Shown here piece by piece: positions 9,992-18,102 of a stretch of 64,000 nt of DNA. Below the pieces are notes generated by a model. That model was given only the letters and a program-made list of their open reading frames with translations. It was not told the DNA's origin and did not search any database. Positions within the stretch are counted from its first letter, which is position 1; each line of letters opens with the position of its first letter. Position numbers and translations under genes: made by a program. Source of the stretch: Candidatus Zixiibacteriota bacterium (GTDB lineage: Bacteria > Zixibacteria > MSB-5A5 > GN15 > FEB-12); contig JACZWU010000004.1 of the NCBI GenBank assembly GCA_022571985.1, positions 64,319-128,318 on the forward strand, read 5' to 3'.

Positions 9992-10189
9992 ATGAACTGG
10001 ACTGACATAATATATCTGCTGGTTTTCGCAATCGCCTGGTATCTGCTGATAACCAGGGTTTTTCCAAAGATGGGGCTTGGTGGTGGCTGAGGACCTTCGA
10101 CAGAGTATCTTCAGGTGGAAGATGATAAAAACAGGAAGCAAACTAAGTGCAATGATGAACGTAAAAGCTCTTCAGGAAGAGCTGACTAA
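9992..10189 (+). CDS. Candidate small single-TM selenoprotein (in-frame TGA at 10088-10090 read as Sec); not in the ORF track
   Basis: MNWTDIIYLLVFAIAWYLLITRVFPKMGLGGG-(TGA)-GPSTEYLQVEDDKNRKQTKCNDERKSSSGRAD-TAA; SECIS-like hairpin directly after the TGA. Confidence 0.7.
10106..10124 (+). promoter_or_regulatory. Putative bacterial SECIS element
   Basis: (T)ATCTTC-AGGTG-GAAGAT(G) stem-loop; the loop starts 22 nt after the TGA and has G at loop position 2, consistent with the bacterial SECIS model. Confidence 0.65.
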
Positions 10190-10238
10190 CGGAAATAAAA
10201 TTTACATCTTGCAGTCCTATTAGCCGATAATAATAGAT

Positions 10239-11078
10239 ATGCGTTTTAATAATTACAGCGGGGGCGGTGGTTCCCGAAGGCTGAGCATTGGCCCCGGGGC
10301 AGTATCTCCATTCATCAAACTGATGCTGATTAGCAACTTAGCGATATTCATGATTCAGTCGCTGGCTAACTATCCTCTAAGTGATTTTTTGGGTCTGACT
10401 CCGGCTAGATTTTTTGCGGAATTTCCAAACCTGCTTTTTCAGCCATTTACTTACATGTTTTTGCATGCAGATTTTTGGCACATCTTTTTTAATATGTTTG
10501 CTTTATGGATGTTTGGAACAGAAATAGAATTCACCTGGGGGAAAAAGGCCTTTGCAAAATTCTATATTTTGGCCGGTCTGTCCGGGGCGGTTCTGACGCT
10601 TATTTTTCAGCCAGAACTGCCATATCCTGTTATAGGGGCTTCAGGAGCAATTTACGGTGTTTTGATAGCTTACTGGCTGTTGTTTCCACATAGATACCTC
10701 TACATTTATTTCTTGTTCCCTGTCAAAGTAAAATGGGCAATTCCTGGCTTTATGATTTTGGGCTTTATGGCTGGCGGCGGAAATATTGCGCATTTTGCTC
10801 ATCTTGGGGGTGCAATTTTTGGACTTATATTTGTCAAAGCTGACTGGAGAATTGCCAGATTTGGAAATATGCTCAAAAAAATTCGGCTCAAAAAACAAGA
10901 GGCAAAATTCGAGAAGAACCGCCTTAAAGCAGAAGATACCATGAAACGGGTTGATGAGATTCTTGATAAAATAAGCGAAGTTGGTATTGATAATATCTCT
11001 CGCGAAGATAGAAAATTCCTTGAAGACACCTCTTCTCATATGTCCGGAGAAAAGAGCTCCGACGAAACAATACAATGA
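10239..11078 (+). CDS. Rhomboid family intramembrane serine protease
   Basis: FLHADFWHIFFNMFALW, catalytic GASG and AHFAHLGG; C-terminal VDEILDKISEVGIDNIS helical tail. Confidence 0.93.
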   Translation: MRFNNYSGGGGSRRLSIGPGAVSPFIKLMLISNLAIFMIQSLANYPLSDFLGLTPARFFAEFPNLLFQPFTYMFLHADFWHIFFNMFALWMFGTEIEFTWGKKAFAKFYILAGLSGAVLTLIFQPELPYPVIGASGAIYGVLIAYWLLFPHRYLYIYFLFPVKVKWAIPGFMILGFMAGGGNIAHFAHLGGAIFGLIFVKADWRIARFGNMLKKIRLKKQEAKFEKNRLKAEDTMKRVDEILDKISEVGIDNISREDRKFLEDTSSHMSGEKSSDETIQ

Positions 11079-12274
11079 GAAAAAGAGTCTTAATAGCAGA
11101 GAATTCTGATATTACCAGAGTTGCTGCAGAAACAATTTTAAGACAGAACGGCTTTGAAGTTATTGCTGTCTCATCCGGCGATAAGGCTTTTCAGGTTCTG
11201 GAACATAGCAAACCCCATCTGATTATTGCCAATAGCTCTTTGCAGGGGAAAGACAAGTCCAGGTTTATTCATGGTTTACAGGCAGAACCGGCGCTTTCAA
11301 CTATTCCTGTGATACTTCTGGCTGATGAAAATGAATCCGGATTAACCGGTCAAATTAAAGTTAATTTACCCCTTGATCCGAGCGATTTATTGTCGAAAAT
11401 ATATGATATGGCTAAAGATTCTAAAAAGCCCAAAGAGGACGCAGATCATCCCTTAAGCGAAAGTCTGGAAGATGAACTTCTTGACGAGGCTCTGGGACTG
11501 GACGAAATAGACGTCACTGATTCCGAAGTCATGAACCAGACTGGGACTACCAAGGTAAAAAAGAAGAAAAAGGTAGTTGAGAAAATGATCGGGATTGATC
11601 ATGTCGAAGAAGAAACTGATATTTCGGGACAGATTGGTTCGGTAAATTTGGACGCGAAGTCTGGTAAAATCAGCAAGTCCGGCAAACCGTCTCCATCAAA
11701 GACAGGCAAGCTTGATATTGTCAGCGGTCATGATCAGTTTGGGCTGGGGGATGAGTCTCTTCTGGAAAATGCTAACGAGAACGCAGACCATGACTATGAC
11801 TGGTTTGTGAACGAAATGAAAAATGATGTCATAAATCCCAAAGGCGCTCAAAAAAAGAAAACCGCTTCCCAGCCAGAAAGCCTGAAAGTAACAAAGCCGG
11901 CCGACCAGCTTGAACGAGTTACTGTTTCCAGCAAAAAATCATCTGATTCCGGAAAAACCGCAAGCGGCAAGAAGCCGGGCGGGGTAGAGAAATTTATTGA
12001 AGAGTTCAAAAAAGAAGTTGAAAGCTTTGGCAACGAAAGCTCCAGGAATGTAATTGACGCCAAAAGCAAACCCGCAGCTACTGCCAAGCCGGCAATTGTT
12101 TCGAGCGACCCTGTCGAAAATATAACCATTGACCAGGTCGAAGTCTTTACGCGCCAATTTGTTTCAGATTTGGCAGACCGGGTAGCCGCCAGAATAGCCA
12201 ACAAAATAGACGCACAAAAATTAATGTCTCTGCTTAAAAATGAAATAGTTTCCAAAGCGAGGAACTCCAAGTAG
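11075..12274 (+). CDS. Pseudo-receiver domain protein with long charged linker and C-terminal helical domain
   Basis: Receiver fold at the N-terminus (RVLIAENS...GFEVIAVSSG...PHLIIAN) with degenerate phosphorylation residues; D/E/K/S-rich middle. Confidence 0.75.
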   Translation: MRKRVLIAENSDITRVAAETILRQNGFEVIAVSSGDKAFQVLEHSKPHLIIANSSLQGKDKSRFIHGLQAEPALSTIPVILLADENESGLTGQIKVNLPLDPSDLLSKIYDMAKDSKKPKEDADHPLSESLEDELLDEALGLDEIDVTDSEVMNQTGTTKVKKKKKVVEKMIGIDHVEEETDISGQIGSVNLDAKSGKISKSGKPSPSKTGKLDIVSGHDQFGLGDESLLENANENADHDYDWFVNEMKNDVINPKGAQKKKTASQPESLKVTKPADQLERVTVSSKKSSDSGKTASGKKPGGVEKFIEEFKKEVESFGNESSRNVIDAKSKPAATAKPAIVSSDPVENITIDQVEVFTRQFVSDLADRVAARIANKIDAQKLMSLLKNEIVSKARNSK

Positions 12275-12295
12275 CCTATCCGGTGTTCTGATCAT

Positions 12296-12323
12296 TGTAA
12301 GATGTAAGATGTAAGATGTAAGA
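12296..12323 (+). repeat. Perfect tandem heptamer (TGTAAGA)x4
   Basis: Read directly from the sequence; intergenic, 9 nt upstream of a -35-like box. Confidence 0.95.
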
Positions 12324-12332
12324 TTTATTTGA

Positions 12333-12362
12333 TTGACTAACTGACTTCTATTTGAGTATGAT
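12333..12362 (+). promoter_or_regulatory. Putative sigma70 promoter of ccdA
   Basis: TTGACT-N18-TATGAT; the ATG follows 6 nt later. Confidence 0.5.
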
Positions 12363-12368
12363 AAATTA

Positions 12369-13112
12369 ATGTTTGATCAGCCAACCATAGAAATTCCAAC
12401 TGCGATATTTGCCGGGTTCCTGTCATTTATATCCCCCTGTGTCTTGCCCCTTATTCCGGGCTACTTGTCTTTTATTTCCGGCGTTTCAATTGAAGACTTG
12501 TCCTCAAAGGAAAAATCAAAAGAACATATGTTTCGGGTTGTCATTAACACGTTCTTTTTTGTGATCGGGTTTTCTCTGGTATTTATTCTTTTGGGAGCAA
12601 CAGCAACCTGGCTGGGTGAAATGCTGCAGCAATACATTGGCTGGTTTAACAAAGTGGCCGGCGTCATGGTGTTTTTGTTTGGTCTGCATGTGGCCGGAGT
12701 GTTTAAGATAAAAGCTCTCAATTTTGAAAAGAGATTTAATACTCGCAGCAAAAAAATGGGGATAATCGGTTCTGTCGTTATTGGTATTGCTTTTGCATTT
12801 GGATGGACGCCCTGCATTGGTCCGATTCTTGGCACAATTTTGACCCTGGCCGCTCAGCAAGACTCGGTCACTTCCGGCGTCATACTTCTGGCTTTCTATT
12901 CAGCCGGACTGGGTGTGCCGTTTATACTTACTGCTCTTTTGTTCAACTATTTAATTGGTGCTTTTGGTTTTATCAAACGGCATTTCAGAGCTGTTGAGAT
13001 AATCTCGGGCGGTTTGCTGATGATAGTCGGCGTGTTAATATTCTTTAACTTACTGGTGGTCATCTCAAACTTTATGTTAGATTTATTCCCTGCCTTGCAA
13101 AATGTCGGCTAA
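12369..13112 (+). CDS. ccdA: Cytochrome c biogenesis / thiol-disulfide transporter CcdA
   Basis: SFISPCVLPLIPGY and FGWTPCIGPILG; about 6 TM helices. Confidence 0.93.
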   Translation: MFDQPTIEIPTAIFAGFLSFISPCVLPLIPGYLSFISGVSIEDLSSKEKSKEHMFRVVINTFFFVIGFSLVFILLGATATWLGEMLQQYIGWFNKVAGVMVFLFGLHVAGVFKIKALNFEKRFNTRSKKMGIIGSVVIGIAFAFGWTPCIGPILGTILTLAAQQDSVTSGVILLAFYSAGLGVPFILTALLFNYLIGAFGFIKRHFRAVEIISGGLLMIVGVLIFFNLLVVISNFMLDLFPALQNVG

Positions 13113-13160
13113 TCGACTTTACTCTTATAAAAATATACAGATTATTTTTCGCAGGTCGCC

Positions 13161-13190
13161 TTGACTGTCCACCGCTGCTTTCAGTATATT
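13161..13190 (+). promoter_or_regulatory. Putative sigma70 promoter
   Basis: TTGACT-N18-TATATT upstream of 13225. Confidence 0.5.
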
Positions 13191-13224
13191 AACAATCAAT
13201 AAACGCTTTGGCGCGAAAAAACAT

Positions 13225-13974
13225 ATGACTCCAAAGAAGAAAAAAGGACAGGTAATAGCGGTTTGCATTCAGGAACCGTTTGAAGATGGTTCATCGATGG
13301 ACTTTGGTGCTATACAGGGCGCTGACCTGAAGTATCTGCATCAGGCTTTTATCACCGACACGATTATTAATGCGCTGAAAGTAAAAGATACCGATATTCG
13401 CCTGTACTACATTGGCAGTGCCGAACGTAATAAACTGGTAAAAATTGTAACTGAATATGTAAAGAAAAAGGCGCCTGAAAAGATATTATCTGAGATTAAG
13501 AGCCGGCTGAAATTATCTGAAATGTCCAAAGAGCGCTGGGGCATCAGAATTGAGAAGCTTTTTGAGGATTGCTTTTCATCTGGTTATGACAGCGTGCTGG
13601 TTATAGGCAGCCGCAGCCCGACCGTATCACGGCAGAAAATAGAGACGGCCATGCAGCTCTTAAAAAAATCTGATGCAGTCTTCGGCCCGACTCCAGACGG
13701 CCGCTACTACGTTATTGGTATGTCAAAATCTTACCATATCAAGCTTTCGGAATTCGACTGGAAATCTCCTTCGATATATAACGAGGTGGCCAGAGCGCTC
13801 GAAGACAAAGGTCTGGTATGGTCTGAACTTGAAATCTGGTACGCTGTGGAGACACCGGATTATCTGGAAGTAATGGTACGTGATATTAATCAGTTCAGAA
13901 TAGAAGGTGATGAATCAACCGCTCACGAAACTGAACTGGTCATGGAACGACTCCTGGGTAAGCTGGAAAATTGA
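13225..13974 (+). CDS. DUF2064/TIGR04282-like (CofC-like GT-A fold) protein, divergent
   Basis: VLVIGSRSPTV...AVFGPTPDGRYYVIGM resembles the family pattern IGSDxP...VxGPAxDGGYYLIG. Confidence 0.7.
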   Translation: MTPKKKKGQVIAVCIQEPFEDGSSMDFGAIQGADLKYLHQAFITDTIINALKVKDTDIRLYYIGSAERNKLVKIVTEYVKKKAPEKILSEIKSRLKLSEMSKERWGIRIEKLFEDCFSSGYDSVLVIGSRSPTVSRQKIETAMQLLKKSDAVFGPTPDGRYYVIGMSKSYHIKLSEFDWKSPSIYNEVARALEDKGLVWSELEIWYAVETPDYLEVMVRDINQFRIEGDESTAHETELVMERLLGKLEN

Positions 13975-13986
13975 TTTGATATAGAT

Positions 13987-14721
13987 ATGGAGCGTGAACT
14001 TCAAAAATTAAGCTGGCTAAAAGTCCGGAAACTTGTTCCAAAGCAGATTGATACTGTCATACTACCGGTCGGCACAGTTGAGGCACACGGCTCATCCTGT
14101 CTGGGTACTGACAATTATATTCCCAATGAGATAGCTTTCGGCATCGCCGGGCGAATAAACGCGCTGGTAGCGCCGGTAGTAAACTACGGCATTACCCGTT
14201 CGCTTTACAGGTACAACGGCGGCTCTACCATCCAGCCGGAAACTTATCAAATGTTTATCAGAGATATTCTGGATTCATTTATTGACACGAAATTTCATAA
14301 CGTGATTTTATTAAACGGACATGGCGGCAATAATGCTGCACTAAAACAGGTAGCATACGAGTTCCACTACCAGCAGGATGCCAATATTGCAGTAATACAC
14401 TGGTGGGAATTATGCGAGAAAATGACCGACAAATTTTTCGGCCATGCCGGAGGACACGCTGGTACCGATGAAACCGCCATGGTCCATGCTATCGACCCCT
14501 CATTGGTTGACGAAGAAAATAACGATCCCGACCTGGCCTATACGTTCAAGCCGGGCAGTGATATTTATCCGGTGCCGGGTTCAGTTCTTCTTTATAAGCC
14601 GGGCGAAGGCTACCCCGAATATGACCGTGAAAAAGCCAAACAGTACCGCGATAAAGTAGTAGATATGGTTGGCGAGTTTGCTGAGATGGTCATTGGCCGT
14701 TGGCGAAAATTCGGACTCTAA
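13987..14721 (+). CDS. Creatininase family amidohydrolase
   Basis: LPVGTVEAHG, LNGHGGN, HAGGHAGTDET. Confidence 0.9.
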   Translation: MERELQKLSWLKVRKLVPKQIDTVILPVGTVEAHGSSCLGTDNYIPNEIAFGIAGRINALVAPVVNYGITRSLYRYNGGSTIQPETYQMFIRDILDSFIDTKFHNVILLNGHGGNNAALKQVAYEFHYQQDANIAVIHWWELCEKMTDKFFGHAGGHAGTDETAMVHAIDPSLVDEENNDPDLAYTFKPGSDIYPVPGSVLLYKPGEGYPEYDREKAKQYRDKVVDMVGEFAEMVIGRWRKFGL

Positions 14722-14750
14722 AGTCCTCTGGTTAGTTCAAACAGAGATTT

Positions 14751-15599
14751 CTAAAAAGGCTCTATATAAGTAATTCTTACTTCTCTGGTAAAAGTGTCGG
14801 CATCTTTTCGATTCACAAATAAATCTTTGAGAATTGCTTCCAATTCAAGATTGTCATGGAACAGCCACCTGAGTGACAAATTGAAATAACCGCGTCCTTT
14901 GCCGCCAAAAAAGTTTGGAGTGCCGTCGGGCAGGGTAGATTTGTCATCGTTTATGGCCAGATCATATTCTCCGGTAAGGCCCAGATTATATCTGAAAGTA
15001 GCGTCAAAGCCACCAAAGAAATTTATGTCCCCGTCGTCATCTATGTCGCTTTCCAGACTGTAATTTAAGCCGGCATGCCAGCCGGCGGTCCAGCTGTAAA
15101 AATAAAAGCTTCTGCTGGCCACAGCAAAAAATCCGTGGGATTTAAAAGCATACCTTTTGAGCTGGTCGTTCCAGGGACCGAACCCCTGCGAAGTAAAACC
15201 AACTGTCACACCCGGAAAATATTCGATTTCATCAATGACTCTGAGCTTGAGGGTAAACTCAATTTTCGGATTCCAGCTGGGGCTGGTGTTTGAAACAATA
15301 CCCTCACCGCCATAAGATATGCCTAATTGAAATCGGCTCGACAGACCGATATTCACCATTCCCAAAGCGCCGCCCTGCGAGTACAGGCGAATAGCAATAT
15401 CATAACTTGCTCTGGGAAGTGTGCCGGCAGTTGGCATATCAACCAGCCAGCGGGGCGGGTAGGCGTAAAAGCCTATCGCCGGCGGTCGTTCAATTCTGTC
15501 TTCCGCCTCTTCATCCTGTCCATAGGCTGCTGTGCTGAAGCTTATCGCCAGGCAGACAAGAAGAATAGTTTTAAGTATTTCGCCGGTTCTTTGTTTCAT
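14751..15599 (-). CDS. Putative outer-membrane beta-barrel protein (YjbH-like)
   Basis: Signal peptide, DMPTAGTL motif, alternating beta-strand pattern, C-terminal Phe (VRITYIEPF). Confidence 0.55.
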   Translation of the reverse strand: MKQRTGEILKTILLVCLAISFSTAAYGQDEEAEDRIERPPAIGFYAYPPRWLVDMPTAGTLPRASYDIAIRLYSQGGALGMVNIGLSSRFQLGISYGGEGIVSNTSPSWNPKIEFTLKLRVIDEIEYFPGVTVGFTSQGFGPWNDQLKRYAFKSHGFFAVASRSFYFYSWTAGWHAGLNYSLESDIDDDGDINFFGGFDATFRYNLGLTGEYDLAINDDKSTLPDGTPNFFGGKGRGYFNLSLRWLFHDNLELEAILKDLFVNRKDADTFTREVRITYIEPF

Positions 15600-15720
15600 A
15601 TAATTGTCCTAAGTGCGTGGCAGTTTAGGAAGCGATCAAATATCGGTCAACTAAAAGTAAATTTTGATAATAATAATAATAAAATTAATTAACTTGCAGA
15701 ATTTCCAGTTTCATCTTTCA

Positions 15721-16560
15721 TCAAATGTTCAGTATTTCGCAAATACGTGTGAAAATTATTTCAGACATCGGCCCGGCTTCAAATTTTGCCTTGTAATTAT
15801 TAGCCCGTATTTCTCCAACAGTTCTTATCAGCCTGACAGAACTACTTGAAAAGACTTCATCGGCTGATTTAAGTTCTTTGAGTGAGCAATTCTTTTCAAT
15901 TATCTGCCATCTGTTTCTTTTGGCTTCTTTCAGAATAATCTTACGAGTAACTCCTTCCAGGCAGCCGGCTGTAATTGGCGGAGTATAAATTTTGTTTTTT
16001 TTGGTCCAGAAGATATTGGCGCTGGTCAGTTCTGAGATATTGCCGCTACCGTTTATCAAAAGCGCGTCGTCGCAGTTATTTTTCTGCGCTTCTCTTAAAG
16101 CGGCGGCTTTGGCGCCATAGGAAATAGTTTTAATGCGATTGAACACAAGCCTTTCATCAATTTTACTCTCAGGTGCATAGAGCTTCAGAGGGCTGTCATC
16201 AAACTTATGCTCTACCGCCGAGCAGATGACCTGCGAGTCACCTCTTCGGCCTGTCCAGACAGCCGAATCACCGCCGGTAATTGTCAGCCTTAATCTCTTG
16301 AGCCGGGCAGGGTGTGCTCGAGCAGTTTTCTTAAGCCAGATTATCAGTTTGCTCTCAGACACCGGTAGCTTGAGGCCAAGCAGTCTGGCGCCCTGGCGAA
16401 GTCTCATAAAATGCTCATTGGGAAATGCGAGTCTGTCATCAATTGCCAGAAATGTTTCGAAGAGACCTTCGGCGTAAAGAAGCGCGTTATCATAAACAGA
16501 AATTCTGGCTTCTTTTCCGCTAACGATGCGTCCGTTTATGGATGTAACAATTTTTTTCAT
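15721..16560 (-). CDS. pabC: Class IV aminotransferase / 4-amino-4-deoxychorismate lyase
   Basis: YAEGLFET, IKTISY, ELTSANIF, LEGVTR; directly downstream of pabB. Confidence 0.75.
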   Translation of the reverse strand: MKKIVTSINGRIVSGKEARISVYDNALLYAEGLFETFLAIDDRLAFPNEHFMRLRQGARLLGLKLPVSESKLIIWLKKTARAHPARLKRLRLTITGGDSAVWTGRRGDSQVICSAVEHKFDDSPLKLYAPESKIDERLVFNRIKTISYGAKAAALREAQKNNCDDALLINGSGNISELTSANIFWTKKNKIYTPPITAGCLEGVTRKIILKEAKRNRWQIIEKNCSLKELKSADEVFSSSSVRLIRTVGEIRANNYKAKFEAGPMSEIIFTRICEILNI

Positions 16561-16566
16561 CTGTGC

Positions 16567-17886
16567 TCAAGATTCTGCAGCGCCCAGCGCCACAAGCAGG
16601 TTTTTAGCTTTTAAAAGCATTTCCTCATATTCGTTTTCAGGACTGCTTCCGGAAACAATACCTCCGCCGGAATTAAGCCGGTAAATAGAATTTTGGTGAG
16701 TCATTGTTCTGATAGCGATATTAAATTCAGCTTTGTCGCCATCAACATACCCGATACAGCCGGTGTACACTCCGCGAACTGTAGTCTCAATCTCCTGAAT
16801 TATTTCAACTGCTCGTTTTTTAGGCGCGCCCGTGATTGATCCTCCGGGGAGCAGCGCTTTTATGATATCAGCCAGAGATAGATTGTCTCTAAGTTTTGCA
16901 GAGACATCAGTTACCAGATGTATCAGAGATGAGTAATCTTCGGGTTCAAAAAGATTATCTACGCGGACTGTTCCTGTTTCGGCAACTTTGCCCAGATCAT
17001 TTCTGACCAGATCAACAATCATCAATAGCTCAGCTTTATCTTTTTCGGAATTTAACAGTTTAAGACGGTTTTGTTCCCGCTCAAAATCGTCCCGGCCTGA
17101 AGTTATGGTACCTTTGATAGGACAGCTGGTGATATCCAGCCCGACTTTTTTAAACATTCTCTCAGGCGATGAAGACAATATTTGATAATCACCAAAGTTC
17201 AAGTAAGCAGAATATGGCGCCGGGTTAAGTCGTCTTAATCGTTTGTAGCCGTCGAAAGCAAGAGCATCGCTTTTGACATCAAAGCCGCAGGTAAAATTTG
17301 CCTGGTAGATGTCACCTTCTTTGATATGTTCTTTTATTTTGCGGACAGACTGCAGGTAATCTGTTCTGGAAATTGTCGGTCGGCAGACAGTGGAATCAAC
17401 TGCCAGGCGATTTTCCGGCGCCTCGCAACTAACGAGCAGCTCTGAATACTTTTCAGGTTTGCTTCCGATCAGTTCATAGGAATTTGCAAAGTGGTCGAAC
17501 TTCAAATGAGTGTCATAAAAGTAAAAGTGCATCAGGGGCAGTTCGCTTTTTCTGTTCGCTCTGAGACCCACAAAGGGGAGAGTCGACTCATAGCTGAAAT
17601 AACCAACCGAAAAGAGATTTTCTGTTTCCCATAAATCGTTAAGAATTTTGAGTGGGTCGACAGTTCCTTGAATTTTTTCAGATTTGTGTTTGCTCTTGAT
17701 TTCAATCGAATTTTCGTAAACTGAGACTTCAATGACCGGGTCGAAAGCTATAAAAGAAGCCGAGCCTTTATCGCCTATCCGCAGCGAAGAATCGAGCCAG
17801 ACCGCCCCTCTTTTTGCAGCCAATTTCCCAAACAGATTTTCTAAGTTTATTCCGGCAGAAACCGGCCTGATTATTGCGTTTACCAT
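16567..17886 (-). CDS. pabB: Aminodeoxychorismate synthase component I
   Basis: GDIYQANF, NPAPYSA, SSSPERMF, PIKGT, AELLMIVDLVRNDLG, PGGSITGAPK. Confidence 0.9.
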   Translation of the reverse strand: MVNAIIRPVSAGINLENLFGKLAAKRGAVWLDSSLRIGDKGSASFIAFDPVIEVSVYENSIEIKSKHKSEKIQGTVDPLKILNDLWETENLFSVGYFSYESTLPFVGLRANRKSELPLMHFYFYDTHLKFDHFANSYELIGSKPEKYSELLVSCEAPENRLAVDSTVCRPTISRTDYLQSVRKIKEHIKEGDIYQANFTCGFDVKSDALAFDGYKRLRRLNPAPYSAYLNFGDYQILSSSPERMFKKVGLDITSCPIKGTITSGRDDFEREQNRLKLLNSEKDKAELLMIVDLVRNDLGKVAETGTVRVDNLFEPEDYSSLIHLVTDVSAKLRDNLSLADIIKALLPGGSITGAPKKRAVEIIQEIETTVRGVYTGCIGYVDGDKAEFNIAIRTMTHQNSIYRLNSGGGIVSGSSPENEYEEMLLKAKNLLVALGAAES

Positions 17887-18047
17887 AAGGTGAAAAAGCT
17901 ATCCGGTTTGCCCGGCAAGTCAAGAAAAGGTTGAAAAAGGAGCATAATTAGGGCTTGGGCCTAAAATTGAATTTGCAGTATCCGGACCAACAGGTTAAGC
18001 CGTTGTATGGCAGCGTGTTGGGTGGAGGTATTGTCTTAAAAAAGTGT

Positions 18048-18075
18048 GGAACTTTGGGGCTTTCTGGTAGTATTA
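18048..18075 (+). promoter_or_regulatory. Putative ECF-sigma autoregulatory promoter
   Basis: GGAAC(TT)-N17-GTA about 30 nt upstream of ATG 18103. Confidence 0.4.
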
Positions 18076-18102
18076 TTAGAAGAACATAAGCTTGGGGAAT
18101 AT

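Noticed and set aside
9361-10067. Track ORFs 9361-9741 (-) and 9738-10067 (-)
   Set aside because: They are antisense shadows of trxA and the Sec candidate, with no recognisable motifs
9992-10189. Alternative genetic code (TGA = Trp or Gly) as the explanation for the in-frame TGA
   Set aside because: TGA is the normal stop of several genes here (13972, 20559, 36850, 53223), and Trp is encoded by TGG
12296-12323. Repeat as a CRISPR array
   Set aside because: The 7-bp units are contiguous, with no spacers and no cas genes
15664-15690. Short (AAT)n run in an AT-rich spacer
   Set aside because: It is short and expected by chance in AT-rich intergenic DNA
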